Source of the DNA: an uncultured Coriobacteriaceae bacterium
Lineage (GTDB): Bacteria > Actinomycetota > Coriobacteriia > Coriobacteriales > Eggerthellaceae
Reading direction: 5' to 3'
NCBI GenBank assembly: GCA_949294735.1
Contig: CASFII010000008.1
Span: 2,044 to 66,043 of the forward strand
Length of the DNA stretch: 64,000 nt
Shown here in pieces: positions 37,456 through 47,465 of the stretch; the stretch's first letter is position 1, and each line of letters begins with the position of its first letter. Under the pieces are notes generated by a model that had not been told where the DNA came from, made no database searches, and saw nothing but the letters and a program-made list of their open reading frames with translations. Both the position numbers and the translations under genes were made by a program.

Positions 37456-38775
37456 CTATTTGTTAGCTTGAGCGTTGTCTTCAGCAATTTGAGCCGCAAT
37501 ATCATCCAAAGGCATCAGGCTAGGCAAACCTTCGAAGTCTTTGCCAGGAACAATGTTCAGGCGCGCTTCTTCGCGGAAGTAATCCAGCAATCCTTCGCGC
37601 ATAGGCATGGTTTGTTTAATTTTAATAGCTCCTTCAGGGCAATACCTGCGGCAGTTACCACAACCAATGCAACGTTCCTGGTTAACAACCATTTTGCCAT
37701 CTGAAGCACGGAAATGAATGGCGTCTTGAGGACAATAATCGTCCAGGCAATGTTTGCAACCAACGCACAAATCATGGTTAACAACGGCAGTCCAGCCAGA
37801 AGGATGGAAGCCTTTTTTGATGTCGGGTAAAGCGTTCTTTGAAAGATTGAAACCAACACAGCAACACGGGCAGCAGAAGCAAATTTCCAGGAAGGAATCC
37901 ATCTGGTCGTTTCTGAAGCCCCAGATAAGTTGCTCTACTTGTACCCACAACGATTGGCAGGTCAACCCCAGTTCAGCAGCCCTATCCACACGAGCTATAG
38001 CTTCTTCAGCCGTTAGTTCTACCGCCATACCGTGATCAACAACAACTTTGCCGCCAGCATTAAGGAAGAGACACCCTAAATCATGGGGATAATCTTCGCA
38101 GTCATTGCCAGCACGGCATAAACATTCTTTCATCCCGCCAATATATTTGGCGTTCATGATGGCTTTTTTAACTAGATCCATAGGCACTTCGACGCGTTTT
38201 TGTTCGTTAAGTGAAAACGTCTTGTTCACAGGGATGGTTCTGCGAACAGTTGCCCCACTTGCCACTGAACGACATTCTTCGCAATCACAGGTGCGCGAAT
38301 GACCTGCAGCGTGCTTGGAAAGATCGGTCGGTATAGGCTCTTTGTTCTCGGTAAGTTTGGTGTGAGCTTGATCTTCTGGCTTATGGTCATCCACATCTAC
38401 CAGCAAATTGAATGCAGTCCCCGAAGAGTATGACTTTTCAGGCGGATCAAACAGCATGGCACGTCGATACAGCTTCGCACCAAGTGATTGCGGCTTTTGT
38501 AAGACAGGAGACATATTCACAATGGACTTGAACACCTTGAGAACAATTTTCCAGTTCCATTGACGCGCAGACGTATGCGTCACCAAAAAGTCTTTGATGC
38601 CTAAGCCACGCGGAGCATTTTTCCAAAAAGGCTTGTCAGGTTGTTCTTTTCGACGCAGGCGTTCTTCGTCCAGATATAAAACGTTTCCTTGTTCGTCGAT
38701 GTTGTCGTAACTTTCCGGCAGATCGGGCACCGGATTACCGTGCACGTCCACCAATCCGTTCATCTTTTCCCCCAT
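37456..38775 (-). CDS. uncharacterised Fe-S protein with C-terminal 2x[4Fe-4S] ferredoxin domain
   Basis: CVGCKHCLDDYCP and CIGCGNCRRYCP motifs. Additional Cys clusters CDCEEC, CLCRAGNDC and CFCCPCCC. Confidence 0.7.
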   Translation of the reverse strand: MGEKMNGLVDVHGNPVPDLPESYDNIDEQGNVLYLDEERLRRKEQPDKPFWKNAPRGLGIKDFLVTHTSARQWNWKIVLKVFKSIVNMSPVLQKPQSLGAKLYRRAMLFDPPEKSYSSGTAFNLLVDVDDHKPEDQAHTKLTENKEPIPTDLSKHAAGHSRTCDCEECRSVASGATVRRTIPVNKTFSLNEQKRVEVPMDLVKKAIMNAKYIGGMKECLCRAGNDCEDYPHDLGCLFLNAGGKVVVDHGMAVELTAEEAIARVDRAAELGLTCQSLWVQVEQLIWGFRNDQMDSFLEICFCCPCCCVGFNLSKNALPDIKKGFHPSGWTAVVNHDLCVGCKHCLDDYCPQDAIHFRASDGKMVVNQERCIGCGNCRRYCPEGAIKIKQTMPMREGLLDYFREEARLNIVPGKDFEGLPSLMPLDDIAAQIAEDNAQANK

Positions 38776-38886
38776 TTTTGATTCCCCTTTTGCCGTTTGG
38801 CGGTTATGCGGTTTGATACCACAATTAACTATATGAGTGCGCGTGCGTCTAGCCGCACAATTGCGCTGTGCGGCTAGATTGCACGC

Positions 38887-40095
38887 TTAAGCGACGCCCA
38901 GAATCCTGTTTGCCGCATAAACACCCGAAATTGCAGCTGGCTCCAAACCAAGACCGTTGATGTCTCCAGCAATCCACAGGTTTTCATCCCAATCTTGAGG
39001 CTGAATTTGTTCGCCATACGTAAACAACGCTTCGGGCCAAACACGATAATAAAGAACCTCGTATTCTTCAAAATATTCGCCCAGGTCAATTTCAGTACGG
39101 CTGAACACGTTAAATGTTCCATCTCCTCTGCCAGCGCACGCGATGATGTCGAACATGTCGCTGTAATAGTGAGAGCCCGCCTTTGCAATTTCTGCATTGG
39201 GCGTACCTTTCACCAAATAACTTACCAGCGTGGTGGGCTGGCGAACTTCAGGGATGTCCAGCAGCTTTTGCGTTGTCAAGCCCGTAGTTGCAAGCACTAG
39301 GTTTTTGCAGGAGTATTCCGCGCCGTCTTTACCCGTGACTTTCCAACCATCTTCGGTTTTTTCCACCGAAACAATCGTGTCGATGATTACGCGGTTGTCA
39401 ATTTTTTGAGCATAGGCATCTTTGTCGAACGTGAAGTCAAACAGCGGAATAACTACGCCTTGAGCGACGTTCAAAAAGTCTAATCCGCCCAGCTCATCAA
39501 TGCGTGAACCTGTGCAAGCGTAGGCGAACTTCGAAATAAAGTTGTCGCAGATTTTATCAACGCCCACTTCAGCAATAACTTCACTTGCCTTCATGTGGAA
39601 ATAGCGCTTCATCATAGGGTGCTTTTCCATGGCGTCTTTTACCTGCATGGTTTCGCAGTCTTTTTTATAGGCGCTGTACTCTGGAATGAAGGTCTTTTTC
39701 ATGAACTTCATAAACTTGAGCATCTGCGGCAGGCTGGTGAACATGGTCCAGCTTACGCCCTTGAAAGCCTTGGTAGGAGAAGTGTGGAGCATCAAGTCGC
39801 CCAGCTTCACATTTAAGGAACCTTTGCTGGTAACAATTTTTTTGGAATGCGTGTAGTTGTCCATGTAGAAGACAGCGCCGAAATTGCTGTCAAGGTCGGG
39901 GCGATAGCACACGCGACCGCCCAGCTCGTCGGTGATAACCAAAACATCGCGGCCGTTTTCCTTGAGCTTTAACGCGCAACTCATACCTGCAATGCCGCCA
40001 CCAACAACAATGGTTTCTGCGGTTATGTCCGTTACTTCCGGATTCGTTTCTGCAGTGGTTTCTGCAGTCACTTCTGCATTCAATTCTGCACTCAT
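38887..40095 (-). CDS. NAD(P)/FAD-dependent oxidoreductase (amine-oxidase/phytoene-desaturase fold)
   Basis: IVVGGGIAGMSCALKL..ELGGR dinucleotide motif. Start at the ATG at 40095 (GAGG RBS). N-terminal AE(V/T)TAET low-complexity repeats. Confidence 0.75.
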   Translation of the reverse strand: MSAELNAEVTAETTAETNPEVTDITAETIVVGGGIAGMSCALKLKENGRDVLVITDELGGRVCYRPDLDSNFGAVFYMDNYTHSKKIVTSKGSLNVKLGDLMLHTSPTKAFKGVSWTMFTSLPQMLKFMKFMKKTFIPEYSAYKKDCETMQVKDAMEKHPMMKRYFHMKASEVIAEVGVDKICDNFISKFAYACTGSRIDELGGLDFLNVAQGVVIPLFDFTFDKDAYAQKIDNRVIIDTIVSVEKTEDGWKVTGKDGAEYSCKNLVLATTGLTTQKLLDIPEVRQPTTLVSYLVKGTPNAEIAKAGSHYYSDMFDIIACAGRGDGTFNVFSRTEIDLGEYFEEYEVLYYRVWPEALFTYGEQIQPQDWDENLWIAGDINGLGLEPAAISGVYAANRILGVA

Positions 40096-40176
40096 TGCAA
40101 CCTCGATTCCCAACTTTTATTACATTGAGAAAAATGTACGACGTACAGAAAACTCCGCGAATAGACGTTCTGGACC

Positions 40177-40198
40177 AAATGTCCAAGATTAGACATTT
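40177..40198. promoter_or_regulatory. inverted repeat AAATGTC-N8-GACATTT (candidate TetR operator)
   Basis: Read directly in the divergent region between the FAD-oxidoreductase gene and the TetR gene. Confidence 0.35.
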
Positions 40199-40289
40199 TA
40201 TACGGGATTGCATATACTTTTTTGCATAAAACGGCCTGCGAAACCGAGCCGAAAACAAGACCAAAACCAGGGTCAAGAGTGAGACTCTT

Positions 40290-40832
40290 ATGCTAAAGAA
40301 AGCAAACCGAACCAAACAGCTTTATTGCGAAGCGCTTCTAAAGCTCAGCGAGGAAAAGCCACTCGCTAAAATTACCGTGCGCAATCTAATCGAAGAAACT
40401 GAAACCGCACGTCAAACCTTCTATAATAATTTCCGAGACATCAACGATCTTATTAGCTATCTACCCATCAACTATCTGAAAACTTCGGGTTGGCAGGTAC
40501 TTACGAAAGAAAATGCACGGCACGCTTACGAATATGCCTATGAACACCGCAGTTTTTTCGGGCAGCTTGCTTTCCATACAGGGCAGAACAATTTCCGCGA
40601 CACGTTTGTTAATTGGCTGGAAAACGCCTATTACGAGCAGTATCTTTCTGACGATCTAACAGAAGCCGAAAAACTGCGCCGAACGCTTGCTATCAACCTG
40701 TTTGCTATTGGAATCACTAATCAGTTTCTAGAATGGTGCGCTACGGGATTTACCTGGCCAATAGACATTTTATTGCAGGTTCAAGATGAAGCGCTGCCTA
40801 GTTTCATCAGAGAACAGCTTCCCGAAGAATAA
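40290..40832 (+). CDS. TetR/AcrR-family regulator (DhaS-like C-terminal domain)
   Basis: N-terminal HTH ITVRNLIEETETARQTFYNNFRDINDL. Confidence 0.8.
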   Translation: MLKKANRTKQLYCEALLKLSEEKPLAKITVRNLIEETETARQTFYNNFRDINDLISYLPINYLKTSGWQVLTKENARHAYEYAYEHRSFFGQLAFHTGQNNFRDTFVNWLENAYYEQYLSDDLTEAEKLRRTLAINLFAIGITNQFLEWCATGFTWPIDILLQVQDEALPSFIREQLPEE

Positions 40833-41156
40833 TGGACGCATCTGCGCCGGGTTAGTTTGCTCGCCCACACAGCGAGTTAACAAGCGCATCTATGTAGTGT
40901 GCTAATTGCCCGTTTGCACGATAGGCTAATCTGCCCCTCTATAAGGCATATTATTCTGCGTATCTACGCAGCGAAATAATACATACATTTGTGTGGTGCC
41001 CGTTATGCAAGATTTTTTGGGGAATCGGGGGTCTTGCATAACAGGCGCCTTCATAAACCCTGACAAATGTCAGTGCTTTATGTCCTCCTATCTTAGAAAA
41101 ACCTTTACAATTGTCAACGTAAACACCAAAAGACTGACAAATTGGCGGTATTGTAT

Positions 41157-41744
41157 ATGTATAACGGAAAGAACCCTTCAGCTCTTCAATCTCAACGAAT
41201 GCTTTCAGAGGCATTGGTTTCCCTGATGGACAGCTACCCCTTCTCTGAAATCACCGTCACGATGATTTGCTCTAAAGCAGGCGTATCGCGGCAGACGTTT
41301 TACAAAATGTTCGACAGCAAAGAAGACGTAGCGCGTTATATGGCGAAGCGAAAGTGCCTTGAATTCGAGCTTTCGATGATTCGCTATAAAACACTTACCC
41401 TGGAAGAGCTTTCCGCGAAAACGTTTTCCTTCTTTGAAAACAATCGCAAGCTCATTCAAAACCTGGTAAACAACCAGCTTCAACACATTCTGCTTGAACA
41501 AGCACAGCTGGCTCTGACAGATTTGTTGACCTGTTTTGACTGCGATTCGGCAAACATAATGGACGAATCTAATCGCGTTTTTATTGCGGGTGGTCTCTGT
41601 TCTATGGTCATTAACTGGGCAGAAAAGGACTCCAAAACCTCACTTGAGTCCAGCGTGACTCATTTCACGCGTCTTTTCACCATTCGCTCTTTCACCAGAA
41701 TTGGAACCGCTAAAGAAGCTGCGCAGAAACTGCAGGGTATCTAG
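41157..41744 (+). CDS. TetR/AcrR-family regulator
   Basis: HTH ITVTMICSKAGVSRQTFYKMFDSKEDV. Start is ATG 41157 or TTG 41142. Confidence 0.75.
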   Translation: MYNGKNPSALQSQRMLSEALVSLMDSYPFSEITVTMICSKAGVSRQTFYKMFDSKEDVARYMAKRKCLEFELSMIRYKTLTLEELSAKTFSFFENNRKLIQNLVNNQLQHILLEQAQLALTDLLTCFDCDSANIMDESNRVFIAGGLCSMVINWAEKDSKTSLESSVTHFTRLFTIRSFTRIGTAKEAAQKLQGI

Positions 41745-41909
41745 TCAATTCGCCCGACTTGTCCATTTACTAGACAAAACGCCCATACGTTCTACTGCAT
41801 TTTTTGTTACTGAGCCGTACTTTAAGAAGCAGATAGTAAGAAGCATTTGCACAAGAGTCCCCCGAATTCCCTCTGTGCGAATGCTAATGACCTTTTGAAG
41901 GAGGGCATT

Positions 41910-42821
41910 ATGGGCGTACACATCAATTCAACATCTGGTAAACCCGTTGATTTCTACATCCCTGCAACTCAAGCAGACGCCGATCAGCTTAACAACAATC
42001 GCGCTCGACTGTGGCCTGCTATGTGGTTCTGCGTTTTGCTGGTGGTTGCCATTATCGCAGCCTGCTGCTACTTCTTTGGTTGGGTGCCTACCATCATCAC
42101 CGCTGCCATCATTGGTGTTGCCATTGTTATTATTCTGATAGGTTTTGGCAGCTTGCACAACATGACGCCTGAAGAACAAAAGGCGTGCGAAACCACGCTG
42201 CCTGGTCACGACATTTTCAAGCCCGAAGACGTGCGCATCACGGGCGGCAAATCGTACGATTTTGATTGTGCACCCTCCGATATTTTCCCATACTTTAAGC
42301 AGTTCAACCTGATCAAGGCAGGCTATTACAGCTTTGATATTCTTGAACGCTTCTTCGGATTCCACATTGTTAACGACTACACCATTCGTCCCGAATGGCA
42401 GCACCTTGAACCAGGCGACTGGATTTATTACCACCAAAACGGTGCTGGCACCGGTGTTGTTGATATGAAGGAAAACGAATACATCACCACGTATTCTGAC
42501 ACACGCTATAAACCCACACAGCGCATGGCGGTTGCTTGGCGCCCAAAATGGATGAAGGGTTTTGCCTGGACGTGGAACTTCATCTTCCAGCCAACCAACA
42601 ACGGCGAAGGAACGCACTTCCTTACCTATCTGCAAGCTTGGTGGCCTGAAGATACCAGCAAACTTACCATTCTGCGCCTGCTGGTTGAATGGGGCGTTCC
42701 GTCCAACTTCATGATGAATGGCATGGCACGTACCATTAAGAAGCTGAGCGAAGCTGATGCTGCTGCTCGCCGCGCTGGTAAGCCTCGCCCAGGTTATAAC
42801 TACACCATGGACGAAGAGTAA
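41910..42821 (+). CDS. membrane protein with two N-terminal TM helices and SRPBCC-like C-terminal domain (hypothetical)
   Basis: Start at the ATG at 41910 after GAAGGAGGG. TM region WFCVLLVVAIIAACCYFFGWVPTIITAAIIGVAIVIILIGF. Confidence 0.5.
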   Translation: MGVHINSTSGKPVDFYIPATQADADQLNNNRARLWPAMWFCVLLVVAIIAACCYFFGWVPTIITAAIIGVAIVIILIGFGSLHNMTPEEQKACETTLPGHDIFKPEDVRITGGKSYDFDCAPSDIFPYFKQFNLIKAGYYSFDILERFFGFHIVNDYTIRPEWQHLEPGDWIYYHQNGAGTGVVDMKENEYITTYSDTRYKPTQRMAVAWRPKWMKGFAWTWNFIFQPTNNGEGTHFLTYLQAWWPEDTSKLTILRLLVEWGVPSNFMMNGMARTIKKLSEADAAARRAGKPRPGYNYTMDEE

Positions 42822-42919
42822 TACACATAAGTACTGCGTAGGTCTCTGAAACAGCATAGGGCTCAGATTTTTCTTTCGGGCTTCAACGAGTCATACGTAG
42901 GTGTTAAGTCCTCGTTGCA

Positions 42920-42960
42920 AAGAAGGCAAGTGTTTAATTTCCAAGCACCTGCCTTCTTTC
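42920..42960. terminator. bidirectional hairpin between convergent genes
   Basis: AAGAAGGCAAGTG-N13-CACCTGCCTTCTT (one mismatch). Confidence 0.55.
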
Positions 42961-43032
42961 CAGAATCTAAAAGATACGCCCTTTGTTGTTCCTTTAGCAC
43001 CTTAGCGCTACTATGCAAGCGCGCGAAATCTT

Positions 43033-44061
43033 TTAGTCTTTCTTCCCGAATGCTTCCCACAAAAGAGTAACTACACCGCAAAGCAAGCCTCCCACGGGCC
43101 AGGCCGCCCAAAACCACATAGCGCTAGTTCCTTCGGGCTCAAAGTTTGAAGGATCCGCAGAAGACAAGACTGGGGCAAACAATAGCCCTAAGCCCACTAT
43201 AGTTGCCGCAATCATGATTACTCCGCATAAAGCCCCCAGCTTTTTCTTTTGACTCCGATTGCTTATAAGCTTTGCTTTGGTCTCAGCATCTACCTGAGCG
43301 TTGACGATATCCTCAATTTCAAGCTCATCAGCAATTGATTTGTTGTACTCGTCAACATTTGTCCTGCCCATAAGCATGCCAAAGTGCACGATGCTCCAAA
43401 CACCTATGGCTGCAAACAGCAGCGCAAAGAATAAAGCATAGCTTTCCGACGTAGCTTCAAGCATCAAAAAACAACCGATGCCCAACACAATGAAAGCCAA
43501 CCCTACAAGCAAGCCTTTCGTAAAGCTCTTTCGTGCACGGGTTTTATCATCTTCGGTATAGAAGTCTTCCACGAATGGATGCGCCTTAATAAAGGCAGAA
43601 TGAGCCATACCTGCGGGGATAAAAAACGCAAGACCTGCCAAAATACCCACCATAACAATCAAAATGAACAGGCCATCTTTCCCATTCCACGAAGACAGCG
43701 TAACCGACCCTTCAAACAAAAATCCTAGGGCAATACCCACCATAACAAGCGCAATGCCAGTGGGAACTTTCCAAGCCAGCATACGCTGATAATCTTCGTA
43801 ACCGCATATATCCGTGGGAGGACCAGAGGGTATCGCTTTTTCAGCTGACGCAACGCGTCCCGAAAGGTCGCCCTTAACCAGTTCATCTAAAGAACATTCG
43901 AAAATATCACACATTTTAAGAAGTTTATCCATTTCCGGATAAGAGCGTTCAGCTTCCCACTTCGTAACCGATTGACGTGATACGCCCAACAGCATCGCCA
44001 ACTGTTCTTGGGTCATATTCTTTTCAGCACGTAAGGTTTGTAAATTGTCTCGGAAGCTCAT
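43033..44061 (-). CDS. XRE-family HTH fused to a multi-TM domain
   Basis: MSFRDNLQTLRAEKNMTQEQLAMLLGVSRQSVTKWE followed by about 6 TM helices. ATG at 44061 after AAAGGAA. Confidence 0.7.
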   Translation of the reverse strand: MSFRDNLQTLRAEKNMTQEQLAMLLGVSRQSVTKWEAERSYPEMDKLLKMCDIFECSLDELVKGDLSGRVASAEKAIPSGPPTDICGYEDYQRMLAWKVPTGIALVMVGIALGFLFEGSVTLSSWNGKDGLFILIVMVGILAGLAFFIPAGMAHSAFIKAHPFVEDFYTEDDKTRARKSFTKGLLVGLAFIVLGIGCFLMLEATSESYALFFALLFAAIGVWSIVHFGMLMGRTNVDEYNKSIADELEIEDIVNAQVDAETKAKLISNRSQKKKLGALCGVIMIAATIVGLGLLFAPVLSSADPSNFEPEGTSAMWFWAAWPVGGLLCGVVTLLWEAFGKKD

Positions 44062-44532
44062 GGTAGTTCCTTTCTTTTTGCCTTGCGGCGTTGTTGGTGA
44101 ATGTTTTACTGTCTTAGCTAGCTGACGCATAAAAGTTTGCAGTAGCAAGGAGCTTCCTTCCACCAACCAGAGGCTTCATTTTAGAAAACTTTAGGCACCT
44201 TTTGGTTGCAAAGCCCAGGTGATTGCGAAAATTTACTTGATTTTGATAGTTAAGAAGTTGATGCAAAAACAAATTTGTCATACTCCTACTACGCTCATTA
44301 AGCAAATGTGAAAACAGAGTGCAGAGCAGGTTGCTTAGGTCGCGCTTTGTGTTGGCTGGTGTATTATTGCTTACGTTTTTCGAACCAGGTGGACTGAAGT
44401 GCGGCGCGGCGCACGACTGGTTGCAAGCGCAGCGAGACGCAGGTTGCTGGCGTAACCGACCGCAAGCGCAGCAAGGCGCAGGATGCTAACGTGGCACACG
44501 GCGCTCAGCTCACAGAGTAAAGAAGGGCACTC

Positions 44533-46125
44533 ATGATTGAAGTAAAAACGTATGCAGGTCTTCTCCGTAATCACAAGGAACTTGCAGCTGAACTGGGAAT
44601 TGATATTGCTGGTATGGGGCGCAAAGAACGCGAAGAGGCACTCATTGTGGCTGCTTGGGAAAAATGGGGTTCCGATATGGGGAACCACCTGAACGGACAG
44701 TTTGCTTTCGCCCTGTATAACACCGAAACGCAGGATTTATTCTGTTCCCGCGACCCCTTTGGCGCTGAGCTGTTCTTCTACTACGAAACCGCCGACGGCA
44801 ACCTTTTATATGCCACAGAAATTAAAGGGCTGTTTGACCAGCCTGGGTTCGTAAAAGAGCTCAACCGTGAACTAGTGCAATTCTTCCTGGAATTTACCTA
44901 TATCCCTGGCGAAGAAACCCTGTTTAAAGGCGTATACAAACTGGAACCAGGTGGATACCTGCAATTCAACAAGGAAATTGGACTGAAGCTGGGACAGTAC
45001 TGGGAACTTTCCTTCGAACCTGACGAATCCAAAACGCTGGAAGATTGGGCCGATGCCATTGAATCCGCTATGGACGGCGCCATGCGCGACATTTGCGATG
45101 AAGACGAAGTTCCTGATAGCTTCCTTTCGGGCGGCGTTGATTCGTCCTATATTTTGGCCAAGGGTCGCGCCAAGTGCGGCTACTGCGTAGCGTACGAAGA
45201 CCAAAAGGTCAGCGAAGAAGAAGATGCTCGTGCTACAGCACAGTATTTGGGCAGGGAATTTGAGGGTGTCAAGGTTTCTTCGGAAGACTTCTTTGGCAAC
45301 GTAGACGAATTTTTATTGGCATACGAACAGCCTTCCGCTGACGTGGCAGGACTTTCGCTGTATTGCGGCTGCAAAAAGGTTGCTGAAAAATCCCAGGTTT
45401 GTTTCTCGGGCGAAGGCGCTGATGAATTCTTCGCTGGCTATGGCGTCTATGGCAACGTCAAGCGCGTGAACATGGGGCCTGACCCCGTTTATTACGGTTC
45501 TACTCACATCATGAGCCCCTCTGAACTGAAGCGTTATTTGAAGCACTACTACCCCGAAAAGTCTTCGCGCGAATTCATGAAGGAACGCGGCGCAAAAGGG
45601 CGTCAGTACGATCCGCTCACCTGGATGCTGTACGTGGAGGCTCGCAGCTACTTTGAAGGCAGCATTCTGTTTAACTCCACGAAGATTTCCCGCGGCACGG
45701 GTCTGGATGTCCGCATGCCATTTGTAGATAAACGCATGCTAGACGTGGCGTTGCACATGCCAGCGCGCTTTAAGCGTGACGGCGAAAACAACAAGGTGGC
45801 TTTGCGCGCTGCTGCTTCCCGCGTACTTCCTCACGAAGTGGCCTACCGAAAAAAGCTTGGGTTCCCTGTGCCCGTAAGCTCTTGGCTGCGTGATCCCGCA
45901 TCTAATGCAGACATCGAGCGTGCATTTGCCAGCAAAACCGCTGAAGAATTTTTCAACGTGGATGAAATCGGCGCACTACTAGATGCGTTCTTGGGGCGCA
46001 AACCGCGCGTAAGCCACCCCATTTGGTTCCCACGTCACAAAGCTTTGCTCTGGCGTCATATTTGGACCATCTACCTGTTTATTCGTTGGTACGAACTGTT
46101 CTTCGAAGACGGCGCAAAGAGCTAA
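44533..46125 (+). CDS. asparagine-synthase-family protein with N-terminally truncated glutaminase domain (no Cys nucleophile)
   Basis: PP-loop FLSGGVDSS is intact. The protein begins at roughly the position of the NGEIYN block of AsnB. An in-frame TAA lies at 44518, just upstream. Confidence 0.7.
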   Translation: MIEVKTYAGLLRNHKELAAELGIDIAGMGRKEREEALIVAAWEKWGSDMGNHLNGQFAFALYNTETQDLFCSRDPFGAELFFYYETADGNLLYATEIKGLFDQPGFVKELNRELVQFFLEFTYIPGEETLFKGVYKLEPGGYLQFNKEIGLKLGQYWELSFEPDESKTLEDWADAIESAMDGAMRDICDEDEVPDSFLSGGVDSSYILAKGRAKCGYCVAYEDQKVSEEEDARATAQYLGREFEGVKVSSEDFFGNVDEFLLAYEQPSADVAGLSLYCGCKKVAEKSQVCFSGEGADEFFAGYGVYGNVKRVNMGPDPVYYGSTHIMSPSELKRYLKHYYPEKSSREFMKERGAKGRQYDPLTWMLYVEARSYFEGSILFNSTKISRGTGLDVRMPFVDKRMLDVALHMPARFKRDGENNKVALRAAASRVLPHEVAYRKKLGFPVPVSSWLRDPASNADIERAFASKTAEEFFNVDEIGALLDAFLGRKPRVSHPIWFPRHKALLWRHIWTIYLFIRWYELFFEDGAKS

Positions 46126-46130
46126 CGGGA

Positions 46131-46188
46131 AACCAGGAAACCAGGGGGACATGTCTTTTGGGTTTTCTGAACCCAAAAGACATGTCCC
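46131..46188. repeat. REP-like palindromic element, copy A
   Basis: AAACCAGGGGGACATGTCTTTTGGGTT-N6-AACCCAAAAGACATGTCCC, between convergent gene ends. Confidence 0.7.
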
Positions 46189-46202
46189 TTCTACTTTCAT
46201 CA

Positions 46203-47465
46203 CTAGAGAGAACTTATTTCAAGTGGCTTAACTTCTTCCATAGTGTCATCAACAGGAATACAACCAAGGGAAGCAAGAACGCAACGACCTACGTGATAAG
46301 CTAAATTAACGGGTACTGCGTTTCCAATTTGTTTGTACTTATTTGCCGTACTACCTGCGAATTCCCAATCATCAGGGAATGTTTGTATACGTGCATATTC
46401 TCTTACTGTTAAAGGTCGCGTTTCGGTGGGATGGCAACGCTCCGTCTGCTTTTGTGCAGGGGCGCAGGTGAGTGTCAGGCAAGGTTGGTTCCATGACATT
46501 CTTCTGGCCATCCCTGTACGACCACCAGGCAAATAATAACTCCCACCCATGTATTCCTTTTGGATGTCTTCAGGTAAGTCTCTCCAGTTACCACCCTCTG
46601 GAACCAACTCCATAATCTGACGTTTTCTTTCAGGGTACTTTTGGCCTTCAGACACAGGACACCCTTTCAACGCTTGCGCCATAGAAATGAAGTAGTCGCG
46701 TTCTTTGGGGAACAAAATAGGCAAGTTTAGATCTTTGCGTGTTGCGAAAATTATCAAACGCTCACGCTTCTGGGGAACATCTAAATACTGCGCTCTTAAA
46801 ACACGGTAATTCACACGATATCCCAGCTCATCTAATGTACGCACCATGGTGTCAAGAGTTTTACCTCCATCGTGCTTAACCAAACCACGAACATTTTCGC
46901 CAATGGCTATTTTTGGTTTAATGTCACGAATTGCGCGGGCAAATTCAAAGAAGAGCGTGCCTCGGGTATCTTCAAAGCCTCTGCTTTTCCCTGCATAGCT
47001 AAAAGCCTGACAGGGAAAACCAGCTTGAATTACGGCAGCCGAATACTGAGTAAAATCAATATTTTTGACATCCCCTTCAACGATGTCCCAGTTCAAGCTA
47101 TGGGTTGTTGCGTTTTCCTTAAGCGATTCTGCCGCATATTTATCGATTTCATTCAACATAATATGGGGAATACCAGCGTTATGAAAACCTAGTGCCGTGC
47201 CACCAGCACCTGCAAATAAGTCAATACACGCAGCTTCTGGATAAGTCTCCTGAGAACTTAAAACCTGATAAGCTGTTTGGTCGTCGCCCTCCAATTTGTG
47301 CTGAAGACGTTGTATTTCGCTTAAATTGAAAAGGCGTTTATTGTTTTTGTCGCGAATAGCTTTAATAAGACCCAGCTTATTCCAGCGTCGAATGGTATCA
47401 ACTGAAACATCTAATGCTTTAGCAGCAGATGTTACTGTCACGAATTGTGCTGCTGAAGTGTTCAA
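46203..47465 (-). CDS. DNA (cytosine-5)-methyltransferase with N-terminal MerR/excisionase-type HTH
   Basis: HTH VTSAAKALDVSVDTIRRWNKLGLI. Motifs FAGAGG, GFPCQAFS, ENVRGL, QKRERLIIF, GNAVPV. TTG start after GGAGG. Confidence 0.9.
   Translation of the reverse strand: MNTSAAQFVTVTSAAKALDVSVDTIRRWNKLGLIKAIRDKNNKRLFNLSEIQRLQHKLEGDDQTAYQVLSSQETYPEAACIDLFAGAGGTALGFHNAGIPHIMLNEIDKYAAESLKENATTHSLNWDIVEGDVKNIDFTQYSAAVIQAGFPCQAFSYAGKSRGFEDTRGTLFFEFARAIRDIKPKIAIGENVRGLVKHDGGKTLDTMVRTLDELGYRVNYRVLRAQYLDVPQKRERLIIFATRKDLNLPILFPKERDYFISMAQALKGCPVSEGQKYPERKRQIMELVPEGGNWRDLPEDIQKEYMGGSYYLPGGRTGMARRMSWNQPCLTLTCAPAQKQTERCHPTETRPLTVREYARIQTFPDDWEFAGSTANKYKQIGNAVPVNLAYHVGRCVLASLGCIPVDDTMEEVKPLEISSL

Noticed and set aside
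41928-42857. 309-aa minus-strand ORF fully overlapping the 41910..42821 gene.
   Set aside because: It is an antisense shadow ORF. The plus-strand gene has a strong RBS (GAAGGAGGG) and coherent TM-plus-domain organisation, while the minus-strand product has no start context or recognisable features.
44384-44532. Possible T-box or other riboswitch in the asparagine-synthase-like leader.
   Set aside because: I could not find the T-box consensus (AANNNGGGTGGTACCGCG-like) or any riboswitch core I recognise. It is kept only as an unexplained structured and repetitive leader in the findings.
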